From NCBI GenBank assembly GCA_031269795.1, contig JAISYR010000004.1:2458-66457 (forward strand): DNA of 64,000 bases. Direction: 5' to 3'. How positions within the stretch are numbered: position 1 is the stretch's first letter; each line of letters begins with the position of its first letter. Below, piece after piece: positions 28,810 through 37,923 of this stretch. Position numbers and translations under genes: made by a program. The notes under the pieces are model-generated. The model searched no databases, was not told the DNA's origin, and saw nothing but the letters and a program-made list of their open reading frames with translations. Source of the stretch: Puniceicoccales bacterium (lineage in GTDB: Bacteria > Verrucomicrobiota > Verrucomicrobiia > Opitutales > JAIRKQ01).

Positions 28810-31341
28810 TTACTCTACGTTGATGGAGGCAAGGCCCCAAATTTTTGTCGCATAGTCCTTAATCGAACGGTCACTGGAAAATTTTCCAGAACGCGCAATG
28901 TTCAAAATTGCTTTTTGCGCCCACTTTTGTTTATCTTTATATGCTTCATCAACCTTCTTCTGTGTTTTCACATAATCTTCGAAATCAGCCAATACGAAGA
29001 ATGGGTCACCGCCATCAAGCAGACTATTTCTTATATTCCTAAGTGGAGCTTCTCCGTATTTGGTCACAAAGAAATTTGATGTCATCCAGTCTAAAATGGA
29101 ACGTAGTTCTTCGTTTTTATTGTAGTAGTCATAGGGGAAATAACCCATCGTGCGGAGTTCTTTCAATTCTATTTCCGTATGGCCAAAAACAAAAATATTA
29201 GCATCTCCGACTTCTTCTTTAATTTCAACGTTTGCGCCATCGAGGGTACAAATTGTACAAGCTCCATTCATAGCCAATTTCATATTTCCTGTGCCTGATG
29301 CTTCTTTTCCCGCCGTAGAAATCTGTTCCGACAGATCCGCCGCGGGAATAATATCGCAGGCAAGGGAGACATTATAATTGGGCAAGAATACTACACGTAT
29401 TTTATCGTTGTTTGGGTTATTGTTTATTTCCTTTGCCACAATGTTTATTCCATGAATTATTTGTTTCGCCATGTAATATCCGGGAGCTGCCTTTGCTCCA
29501 AATATAAATGTTCGTGGTACTATATTTTTGTCGCCTCTAATGACACGCTTGTACGCATATAAAATGTGTAACAAATTGAGGTGCTGCCGTTTATATTCAT
29601 GCAAACGTTTGATCTGTACGTCGAACAAAGAATTTGGGTCAACATCTATGCCACATAGCTTTGAAATTTTTTTAGCAAGAGCTAGCTTGTTTGACGTTTT
29701 AATTTCCAAAAATTTTTGTTGGAAAGTAGAATCGTCGGCGAAGTCTTCCAATTTCCGCAATTGTTCGGAATTTTCCGTCCATTTTTGCCCAATTGCCCGG
29801 TCAAGTAATTTTGAAAGATTTGGATTGCAACATTTGATCCACAACCTTGGCGTCACACCGTTGGTAACGTTTGTAAATTTTTCCGGATATATTTGATAGA
29901 ATAGCGGAAATAACAAATTTTTTACCAATTCCGAATGCATGAAAGCCACGCCATTTATGTATTTACAACACACGACGGCCAAATATGCCATGCGGACGAC
30001 CTTATTCCCATCGCCGCCGATGATGGACAGGGCATGTTTTTTGGAATCATCGCCCGGCCATTTTTTTTCAACTTCCTCCGTGAGGAATCTACGATTGATT
30101 TCACAGATCAACTGATAGTGTCGCGGAAGCAAATGTTCAAACATTCCAACCGACCATTCTTCCAGTGCTTCCGGTAGCAGTGTGTGATTTGTATAGGAAA
30201 AAGTTTGTTTGCAAATATTCCAAGCCTTGTCCCATGGGAAATTTTCCTCATCGAGCAAAATGCGTAACAGCTCCACAATCCCGATTATGGGATGCGTGTC
30301 GTTCAATTGAATGGTTATCTTTTTGGCAAAGGAATCAAAACTTTTATTGCCATTTTTAAATCTACGAATGATATCCTGTATGGAGCAACTGACAAAAAAG
30401 TATTGCTGGGTCAACCTCAAAACTTTCCCACCTTCCGTGGAATCGTCGGGATATAATACCTTTGAAATGGTTTCATTTTTTACCTGCTTGTCCATTGCCT
30501 CAAAAAATTTGCCTTCATTGAACATTTTTAGATCAAACTCGCTCGCTGAACGTGCCTCCCACAGGCGCATAAAATTTACCGTATTCGATTTGTACCCAAT
30601 CACTGCAATGTCCCAAGGAACCCCCTGTATCGTTTCATAGTCTTGCCAAACGGGTTTCAGATTTCCGTCGCCATCGTAGCAGTACTCGACTTTACCGTAC
30701 AGCTTGACATTTTGAGTATTTTCCGGTCTACAAACTTCCCATGGTGTTCCGGACATTAGCCAATTGTCGGGCTTTTCCACCTGTTTTCCATCCACCAGCT
30801 CCTGGCGAAAAAGTCCCAATTCGTAGTGAATTCCATAGGCTACGGCTGGATAATTGAGGGTCGCCAAAGAATCCTGAAAACAGGAAGCTAGCCGACCAAG
30901 CCCTCCGTTTCCCAACCCCATATCCGGTTCCACATTTACGATATCATCGAAATTCTGCCCCAGGATTTCAAGCGCTTTCTTCGTGTCGTTAAGAATGCCG
31001 AGATTGATCAAGTTGTTCTTCAATAGTCGACCCGGCAGATATTCCAGCGACATATAATAAACTCTCCGCACATTATTTGTGTGATGGACTTTTTGTGTGC
31101 GTATAAACTGGGACATTATCATTTCTTTTGCCATGAGGCATACCGCTACCCACCAGTCGCGCAATGTCGCAGATGTTTGATCTCTGGCCAGGTCAAACTG
31201 TAAATGTTTAATTATTGATTCCTTGATCTCCAATTTGGAATCCTGTGTTCGTATTTTCTCATCCATTAGCTTACTCCCATTTTTTTTGGTTACTTCTGCA
31301 ACTTTCTCGAAATGCAATCTTTCCATTTTTACCCAGCTCAA
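28810..31341 (-). CDS. glgP: glycogen phosphorylase
   Basis: 843-aa ORF with the PLP-lysine motif EASGTGNMKLAMNGA and typical GT35 architecture. The true start may be an internal Met (MERL... or MDEK...). Confidence 0.95.
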   Translation of the reverse strand: MSWVKMERLHFEKVAEVTKKNGSKLMDEKIRTQDSKLEIKESIIKHLQFDLARDQTSATLRDWWVAVCLMAKEMIMSQFIRTQKVHHTNNVRRVYYMSLEYLPGRLLKNNLINLGILNDTKKALEILGQNFDDIVNVEPDMGLGNGGLGRLASCFQDSLATLNYPAVAYGIHYELGLFRQELVDGKQVEKPDNWLMSGTPWEVCRPENTQNVKLYGKVEYCYDGDGNLKPVWQDYETIQGVPWDIAVIGYKSNTVNFMRLWEARSASEFDLKMFNEGKFFEAMDKQVKNETISKVLYPDDSTEGGKVLRLTQQYFFVSCSIQDIIRRFKNGNKSFDSFAKKITIQLNDTHPIIGIVELLRILLDEENFPWDKAWNICKQTFSYTNHTLLPEALEEWSVGMFEHLLPRHYQLICEINRRFLTEEVEKKWPGDDSKKHALSIIGGDGNKVVRMAYLAVVCCKYINGVAFMHSELVKNLLFPLFYQIYPEKFTNVTNGVTPRLWIKCCNPNLSKLLDRAIGQKWTENSEQLRKLEDFADDSTFQQKFLEIKTSNKLALAKKISKLCGIDVDPNSLFDVQIKRLHEYKRQHLNLLHILYAYKRVIRGDKNIVPRTFIFGAKAAPGYYMAKQIIHGINIVAKEINNNPNNDKIRVVFLPNYNVSLACDIIPAADLSEQISTAGKEASGTGNMKLAMNGACTICTLDGANVEIKEEVGDANIFVFGHTEIELKELRTMGYFPYDYYNKNEELRSILDWMTSNFFVTKYGEAPLRNIRNSLLDGGDPFFVLADFEDYVKTQKKVDEAYKDKQKWAQKAILNIARSGKFSSDRSIKDYATKIWGLASINVE

Positions 31342-31444
31342 AAGGATTGAATGTAAATTTTCAGTAATTTCAATCTAAAAATCCTTAACTGACAAATTTT
31401 TGATTTGATTTTTCCAAATACTTCCCTATCTTGGAGGGCACATT

Positions 31445-32491
31445 GTGGATAGAGTAGGTGATAACGGTCTAGGCAGGCTTTGCAGCATGTTTCAACAAGG
31501 AGTCAAAGTTGTGGGAGAAGCCGTGCCCGGATTTATAAGAGCGACTAAAGAAAAATTTTCTAAAATCCCTTCGGATTGTGTGTCATTAATGCACAGTGCA
31601 GAACCACTTGTGCGAGCATTGGTATCATCAAGTGATGCTTTTACCAGTGGGAAAATTTTCCCAGAGCACCCTCCAGTCCACATAGATGACATGTTCAAAG
31701 AATGGAGTTCGGAGCGTATCGATTTTGTTAGAGCTCATTGCATGAAAACACTTGAAGAATGTGCGGGCAACGGAGTTACTTCCATAGAAAGTTCGGATAA
31801 GGTTTTTGTTGCTAGGAGCGAACTTTCTCCGGATATTTCCGTTATACGGGCACGAGAATTTGGATTCATACTGCCTGAAGGCATCGATGAACGGATGAGA
31901 TGTAATCCAAATCTAAGAATAAAACCATTGATAATAAGGTGCTTCGGGGTCGGGTCGGGAAGCCCCCTAGCTCAAATTCAAGAGGGGGTAAGCAATGTAC
32001 TTGCATTATCAGCCGATAGATTAAATTCCGCCAATACCCTGGTACTGTCTCACATCCAATCGGTACAACAGAGGTTTGAATTTGACTCAAACGTTCTGGT
32101 TGTTCCCTTTATAACAGGATTTTCCCTGGGAGGTATGTTTGCCAGTGCTATAGCGGTAAAGAATAATATCACATCAATGGTTTTCAATGGTTTAGGTCTC
32201 GGGAAAGGCGGCTGTGATTTTGTCGGACAGGTAAATTGGGCAAGGGCACAACAACATCTAAATAGTCACATTGCCATGTTTGTTGACCACGATTTTGTAG
32301 CATCACCAGATTCTCCATGGCGTAGTGTCATAAGAATACCAGGCCGCATTTTTCGCATACCAAGAAGAGAAACTACTAAGCCTACCATTGCTGAAATGTT
32401 TGAAATCCATTTCTACAAAAAATATTTCGACCAAGCATACCAAGAATATCTTACTCCACATCCACGTGCAGGTGGCCGATTAGTTGCTTAG
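31445..32491 (+). CDS. alpha/beta-hydrolase, lipase-like protein (GxSxG)
   Basis: 348 aa. Nucleophile elbow ITGFSLGGMFA. A later VDHDF segment may supply Asp/His. No signal peptide. GTG start, with an alternative ATG at 31487. Confidence 0.6.
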   Translation: MDRVGDNGLGRLCSMFQQGVKVVGEAVPGFIRATKEKFSKIPSDCVSLMHSAEPLVRALVSSSDAFTSGKIFPEHPPVHIDDMFKEWSSERIDFVRAHCMKTLEECAGNGVTSIESSDKVFVARSELSPDISVIRAREFGFILPEGIDERMRCNPNLRIKPLIIRCFGVGSGSPLAQIQEGVSNVLALSADRLNSANTLVLSHIQSVQQRFEFDSNVLVVPFITGFSLGGMFASAIAVKNNITSMVFNGLGLGKGGCDFVGQVNWARAQQHLNSHIAMFVDHDFVASPDSPWRSVIRIPGRIFRIPRRETTKPTIAEMFEIHFYKKYFDQAYQEYLTPHPRAGGRLVA

Positions 32492-32605
32492 AATAAGGAA
32501 ATTCGCTAGAAGGAGATAAAGTGGTTTTCTCTTTTATTCTTTTATTATTACACAAAGACTAGGTATGGGGCTATGGTTTCTCATACCTAAAGCACAAATC
32601 TACGT

Positions 32606-34021
32606 TTAGGGTTCATCTTTTTCTATGGTGTATGTGGTGGAAGAATCCTTTACAGTCCATCCATAACTGGACAACTCTTGGCGTAATCTATCGGCTTCGA
32701 TGAAATTTTTCAATTGTTTAGCCTGCCACCTTAATTCTGCCAGTTTTCTTATTTCTTCGGGAACCTCAACGTCTTGTTCTCTATCGTCTAAGCGCAGGCC
32801 AAGGCAATACATGATCGTTGAAAATTCTTTATATAGCCCCTGCTTTTGTTCTTCATCCAATGATTCGAGAGAGGTTTCGTTTATAAGCTTAAAAACACTT
32901 CCCAAACACGCAGGAGTATTCATATCATCCAAAAGTGCAGAAAATGCATTTCCGAAAAATTTCCATTCGGAAATTTCAAACTTTTGAACATCCCGCATTG
33001 GTGCAATTTTATGGAAAAAATTCTGCAGTTTTTCAATGGCATTCTTTGCCGCTACCAAATTGTTAAGCGTAAAGTTCAGCTGTTGACCATAATGAGCGGA
33101 AATGAGAGCATATCTCAAGCATTGGGCTGAATATCCTTTTTTCAAAATATCTCCTAGGATGTACAAATTGCCCAAACTTTTTGACATTTTCGCCCCATCC
33201 ACCAATAGGTGTGCCACATGCATCCAGTATCTGACAAATTTTTCTCCATTGGCACATTCGGATTGGGCGATCTCGTTCTCATGGTGCGGAAATTTCAAAT
33301 CCACCCCTCCCGAGTGTAAATCTATGGTACACCCCAAATACTTCTTTGCCATGGTGCTACATTCTATGTGCCACCCGGGACGACCATTCCCCCAGGGACT
33401 CATCCAAAAATTTTCACCATCTTCCGGTTTGGTTGATTTCCAAAGAGCAAAATCTGAAACATTCTCACGGTCATATTCATCCGCTAAATTTTTTTTGCCG
33501 GCACTGTCGATTTCTTGGGTTTTCAGTTCCCGATTTTCAATGTTCGAAAGTCTCCCATATCCTTTAAAAGACGAAATTCTAAAGTAGACCGAATGGTCCG
33601 GAGCAAGGTAGGCAAATCCTTTCTCCATGAGGGTTTTTATCATGTCGATTTGTTCATTGATGTGTTCCGTGGCTTTGGGTTCAAAGTCGGGCGATTTCAT
33701 GTTCAAGGCTTCGCAATCTTCGTGGAAAATTTTCGTCCATTTTTCCGTAAAAGCTTTTAGTGAAACATTATTTTTTATTGAATCGCGAATGGTTTTATCG
33801 TCAACATCCGTAATATTTCTGGCCACGCAGGGATTATACCCTTCCACTTCCAATATGCGGGTGAGAACATCCTGTAAAAGATAGGTCCGGAAATTACCGA
33901 TGTGGGCATAATTATAAACCGTCGGGCCACAGAAATACATCGTAAATTTCCCATGGGGATTAGGTTGTAATTCCTCCTTGGCATTTCCTAAACTGTTAAA
34001 CAATTTCACTACAAAGGCCAA
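32606..34021 (-). CDS. cysS: cysteine--tRNA ligase
   Basis: Class I signature motifs AHIGNFRT (HIGH) and KMSKSLGN (KMSKS), plus the zinc-binding WHIEC. Confidence 0.96.
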   Translation of the reverse strand: MAFVVKLFNSLGNAKEELQPNPHGKFTMYFCGPTVYNYAHIGNFRTYLLQDVLTRILEVEGYNPCVARNITDVDDKTIRDSIKNNVSLKAFTEKWTKIFHEDCEALNMKSPDFEPKATEHINEQIDMIKTLMEKGFAYLAPDHSVYFRISSFKGYGRLSNIENRELKTQEIDSAGKKNLADEYDRENVSDFALWKSTKPEDGENFWMSPWGNGRPGWHIECSTMAKKYLGCTIDLHSGGVDLKFPHHENEIAQSECANGEKFVRYWMHVAHLLVDGAKMSKSLGNLYILGDILKKGYSAQCLRYALISAHYGQQLNFTLNNLVAAKNAIEKLQNFFHKIAPMRDVQKFEISEWKFFGNAFSALLDDMNTPACLGSVFKLINETSLESLDEEQKQGLYKEFSTIMYCLGLRLDDREQDVEVPEEIRKLAELRWQAKQLKNFIEADRLRQELSSYGWTVKDSSTTYTIEKDEP

Positions 34022-34111
34022 TGTCTACTAAATAACACGATAAAAGCAAACTGTTTAAGACCTTTGGTTTTTTCCGATCAAATATTTTTTGAGCACCGAT
34101 ATCTTCAAGTT

Positions 34112-36256
34112 CTAATCGACGAGACCACTTCTTATGAACAGTGGTTCGATGTCAGGGTCTCTGCCCATAAAATCGCGGTATAAAACATCTGCTTCAGCAC
34201 TATCTCCCCTTGAAAGAATTTTCTCACGGAATTCATCCCCAACCTCACGGCTTAACACACCGTGTTCTTTGAATTTGTTAAATGCGTCGGCATCAAGCAC
34301 CTCAGCCCATTTATAGGAATAGTATCCTGCCGAATAGCCCCCTCCGAAAATGTGCTTAAAACTCAAGGTGATGGTTGGCACATATTCTGATAGCGTAATT
34401 CTATAGGTTCCCAAAACTTGCCTCAATTGACCTTCAATGTCTGTGTTTGCATAATTTTCATACTTTTGGTGCAACTCCAAATCTAATTTTGCAAAACATA
34501 GTTGCCCCATCATCCCACTTCCAGACATGTGATTTTTCGCTGCTATCATCTTTTTAAACAGTTCTTCCGGTATTTTTTCTCCCGTTTCAAAATGTTTGGC
34601 GAAAATGTCGAGACTTTTCCGTTCCCAGCAGAAATTTTCCATGATCTGGGAAGGCAATTCGATAAAGTCCCAGACGGTATTCGTTCCGTTCATTGAAGCA
34701 TATTTGACCCTCCCAAACAGATGGTGCAACGTGTGACCAAATTCGTGAAACAACGTTTCCACTTCTCTGTGGGATAACAATGATGGCGTGTCTTCTGTGG
34801 AAGGTGTCAAATTCGTACAAATGGTAGCTGTCGGATAGTGCCAGGTTCCATCCTCATCCAAATATCCACTTTTGGTATCGCTCATCCATCCTCCCGCATG
34901 TTTTGATTCCCGTGGATGGATATCCATATAGAGCCCACCAATGTAATCTCCATTTTCTTCAAAAGCTTTAAAATATTTTACATCTTTATGCCAAACGGGG
35001 ATCGTTTCGCTAGGAAACGCATCATCCTCGTTTTCCGTAAAAAATGTTGGCTGTTCCACAAATTTTACGCCATAGAGTCGGTTCGCCACTTCAAATAGCC
35101 CGGCGATAACATTTTCCAATTGAAAATATGGCCGCAGCTGTTCCTCGTCAAAATCAAACCTGGCTTGCCTAAGCTTTTCCGACATGTAGGATGTTTCCCA
35201 GGGCACTAATCTAGATTTTTCAATTCCCACAAACTCCGCTCGAAAGATTTCTAAATCATCGATATCACGGACAAAAAACTTCCGTGTCCTGCCGTGCAAA
35301 CTTTCAACGAAAGATAATGCCGTCGACCCATTTTTTGCCATTCTTCTTTTCAGTGCATAGTCTGCATAGGTTTTATGCCCCAATATTTTTGCCTTTTCAT
35401 CCTTCAACCTTAGAATATCCTCGACTAATTTTTGATTACTATAGGGATCGTTGCAGCCAACGGTTAACGATGCTCGGAAGATTTCCTCGCGGAGCTTTTC
35501 ATTCTCCAAATATTGCATGCATTTCCCCGAAGTACTTGGATTTAGAGAAACGCGATACCCTTCGTGGCCATGCGCTTTGGCATCTTCTTGCAAAACATCG
35601 ACGGTAATGCTCGGCAAACCTTTTAATTCCTCGACATTATCCACATACCTCTCCCAGGCATTGCGAGAGTCTAGGACATTTTCTGTAAATTTCTGTGCTT
35701 TTTGAGATATTTCTATGTTTATTTCTTTGATTCGTTCTCTCTGTTTGCGTGGTAAATCTGCACCAATATCTCGAAAACTATCCAGAGTATCATTTAAAAG
35801 TTTTTTGTCGATTCCCTGTAAGTTTTGTGCCTCTTCCGTTTCAGCAAATGTTCTTATTCTCAGCCAAAGTGCATCGTTTAGCAAAATATTCGCACTAAAT
35901 TCCGCAACCCGTGGCAACATTTTGTTATGCTCTTCCCGAAGTTCATCGGAATTGCACGTCGAATCAAGGTGTGAAACGTAGCCCCATGCCACATCAAGTG
36001 GGTCAGTTGCTTTCTCAAGGGCAATGATGGTGTTTTTAAACGTTAATTTATTCAAAGGCAATGACGCAATTTCATCGATATTTTTTTGCGATAGTGCTAT
36101 GGTTAGCGAAATGTCCGGCTCGATATATTTTGGCAGCAGCGTATGCCACTTGATTGGGTCATCGTCCGCTAAAAATGGGTGATAATTTTTTTTCACTTGC
36201 TCTGCTTCTAAAAAGTTACAGATAAAAAACAATACCATTAATACAAATTGTTTCAC
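34112..36256 (-). CDS. M3 family metallopeptidase (oligopeptidase A / dipeptidyl carboxypeptidase-like), secreted
   Basis: 714 aa with a signal peptide (MKQFVLMVLFFICNFLEA), zinc motif HEFGHTLHH and a downstream E in LPSQIMEN. Confidence 0.9.
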   Translation of the reverse strand: MKQFVLMVLFFICNFLEAEQVKKNYHPFLADDDPIKWHTLLPKYIEPDISLTIALSQKNIDEIASLPLNKLTFKNTIIALEKATDPLDVAWGYVSHLDSTCNSDELREEHNKMLPRVAEFSANILLNDALWLRIRTFAETEEAQNLQGIDKKLLNDTLDSFRDIGADLPRKQRERIKEINIEISQKAQKFTENVLDSRNAWERYVDNVEELKGLPSITVDVLQEDAKAHGHEGYRVSLNPSTSGKCMQYLENEKLREEIFRASLTVGCNDPYSNQKLVEDILRLKDEKAKILGHKTYADYALKRRMAKNGSTALSFVESLHGRTRKFFVRDIDDLEIFRAEFVGIEKSRLVPWETSYMSEKLRQARFDFDEEQLRPYFQLENVIAGLFEVANRLYGVKFVEQPTFFTENEDDAFPSETIPVWHKDVKYFKAFEENGDYIGGLYMDIHPRESKHAGGWMSDTKSGYLDEDGTWHYPTATICTNLTPSTEDTPSLLSHREVETLFHEFGHTLHHLFGRVKYASMNGTNTVWDFIELPSQIMENFCWERKSLDIFAKHFETGEKIPEELFKKMIAAKNHMSGSGMMGQLCFAKLDLELHQKYENYANTDIEGQLRQVLGTYRITLSEYVPTITLSFKHIFGGGYSAGYYSYKWAEVLDADAFNKFKEHGVLSREVGDEFREKILSRGDSAEADVLYRDFMGRDPDIEPLFIRSGLVD

Positions 36257-36525
36257 GGTGAGACTATGGGCTAATTTTATTTAAAAGACCCTCAATCTTA
36301 TTTTACATAACTTGTGTAAAATTATGGTGGCAAGTCCAGCCCCTCATCAAGGTTTGTAACTAAATAAATTTGATGGAATATAATTCATCAAAGATTTTCG
36401 GTTCCAAACCTATGCCCATCCTAAACACTGGGCAAATGTCGTGAAATGTTTTGATATTTTTCAAGCAATTGCCATTAAAAATTTTGTCTTGACAATGTTT
36501 AAAATTTCGGTCAGAAAATGTAATC

Positions 36526-37497
36526 ATGGAAACGGATAGTAGAACTTCTCCTTCGAGGAGACGTAGTTGGGCTGACTGGATGGGCTTTTTATCATCTAAA
36601 GCAATTAATGTAGGGTGGAACATAGCCAGTAACGCAGCTAGTAAGGTATTGTTCCCTTTTTGGAAAAGAGGAGGAATTGAGAATACAAGTCGCAAGGTAT
36701 ACGACGGAAGTATACCTCTCCAGGAACAAAGCGACGGGGAAGATGAATCTAGGGACTTGTTTATTCCCGATGGGGAAACGATAGACCCGGAAGTGTTATC
36801 GGTAGGTTATCCAAGGTTAGAACGTTTAAAAGATCAAGGTTCAGGGCTAACGGTCTCAGGAAGACCAATGGCTGGGGATCTACTTGTTGATACCAGTTCA
36901 CAAACCAAATATGTGTCCATCCTGACACAACGGGCTAACCAGGCTAGGTCTAATATGGATGAATATTTGGAAAAATTTTTGGAGAAAAGTGAACAAAATG
37001 AGAAACTTTCGAAGCAGATTAAAGAGGAAAGTAACAAAGCATCTGACCTCAAAAACAAAGCATCTGCAGAAGAATGCTCTGCAAATACATGGCAAGCGTG
37101 GGGACAATATGCTGCTACTGCAGGTGGAATTGCTACGGGACTTACGCAATTTGCACAAGTCTTTCCACAACTTGTACAGGCGCTCCCTTGGCTTGCGACA
37201 GCCCTACCAATCGGAACACCGATAGGTCTCGTTTTGGGAGCAGTTGGTGCAAGTATAATCACCTATTCCGCTTATCGTAAATGGCAAGCTGCTAAGCTTA
37301 CATGTGAAGGCGAGAAAATGCAAGCGGAAGTTCAACATAAAAGGGATGAACAAAGTAAAAATACCAACGATGGTAATGCTTTGCAAAATTTATTTTCAGT
37401 GGCGTCCCAGTCATATAACGCATTTATTAGCATGCTGCAGTCCGTAATTTCTGCATTGCATGAAGCTAAAAGAACGGCAGCTGCCAACATACGATAG
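36526..37497 (+). CDS. hypothetical membrane protein, Inc-like / candidate T3S substrate
   Basis: 323 aa. Disordered N-terminus and an acidic linker. A long hydrophobic block in two lobes (WGQYAATAGGIATGLTQFAQVF / LPWLATALPIGTPIGLVLGAVGASIITYSAY). Followed by a strong terminator. Confidence 0.55.
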   Translation: METDSRTSPSRRRSWADWMGFLSSKAINVGWNIASNAASKVLFPFWKRGGIENTSRKVYDGSIPLQEQSDGEDESRDLFIPDGETIDPEVLSVGYPRLERLKDQGSGLTVSGRPMAGDLLVDTSSQTKYVSILTQRANQARSNMDEYLEKFLEKSEQNEKLSKQIKEESNKASDLKNKASAEECSANTWQAWGQYAATAGGIATGLTQFAQVFPQLVQALPWLATALPIGTPIGLVLGAVGASIITYSAYRKWQAAKLTCEGEKMQAEVQHKRDEQSKNTNDGNALQNLFSVASQSYNAFISMLQSVISALHEAKRTAAANIR

Positions 37498-37505
37498 AAT
37501 ACGGG

Positions 37506-37540
37506 ATTCGTTCGGTGGAAGTAACCCGAACGAATTTTTT
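37506..37540 (+). terminator. rho-independent terminator
   Basis: attcgttcgg (37506-37515) pairs perfectly with ccgaacgaat (37526-37535), a 10-bp stem, followed by TTTTTT. Confidence 0.8.
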
Positions 37541-37615
37541 CAAGTGTGGTTCGTCCGTTGTCCTTTTGTGTTGACTATGTGAGCTCTAAAAGTATTCCCT
37601 AGCATTAAAAATGTT

Positions 37616-37690
37616 GCTTGTGTAGTTCAATGGATAGAATGCTAGCCTCCGAAGTTGGTGATTCGGGTTCGACTCCCGACACGAGCGCCA
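37616..37690 (+). tRNA. tRNA-Arg (anticodon CCG), CCA encoded
   Basis: Cloverleaf folded by hand. Acceptor GCTTGTG/CACGAGC, D arm GTTC..GAAT, anticodon stem CTAGC/GTTGG with loop CTCCGAA, T arm TCGGG-TTCGACT-CCCGA, discriminator G, then CCA. Confidence 0.9.
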
Positions 37691-37923
37691 TATTTCTTTA
37701 TGGAAACTTTGTTGACCGTGGTGGATACCACTCACAAAATTCAAAAGAAGATTTGCGATTCGTATGGGATGGCGTTTTCACAGGGTCCATACTTCGGAGG
37801 AGCATCCTCCGAAAGGTCGATACTCACCGGATTCATCAGGTCTATGATGAGGAATACAAATGGATTGCCTATTTATTTTGCTCTTGCAAATTTTTTGCAC
37901 CTAAGAATCGTTGCTCCAAGTTA

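Noticed and set aside
36360-36695. 111-aa minus-strand ORF overlapping the start of the Inc-like gene.
   Set aside because: No RBS, no motif, and it overlaps a better-supported plus-strand gene. It is probably spurious.
37618-37923. N-terminal 102-codon extension of the YidC track ORF (starting MCSSMDRMLASEV...).
   Set aside because: The extension is translated straight through the tRNA-Arg(CCG) gene (37616-37690). The YidC membrane anchor begins at the internal ATG at 37924.
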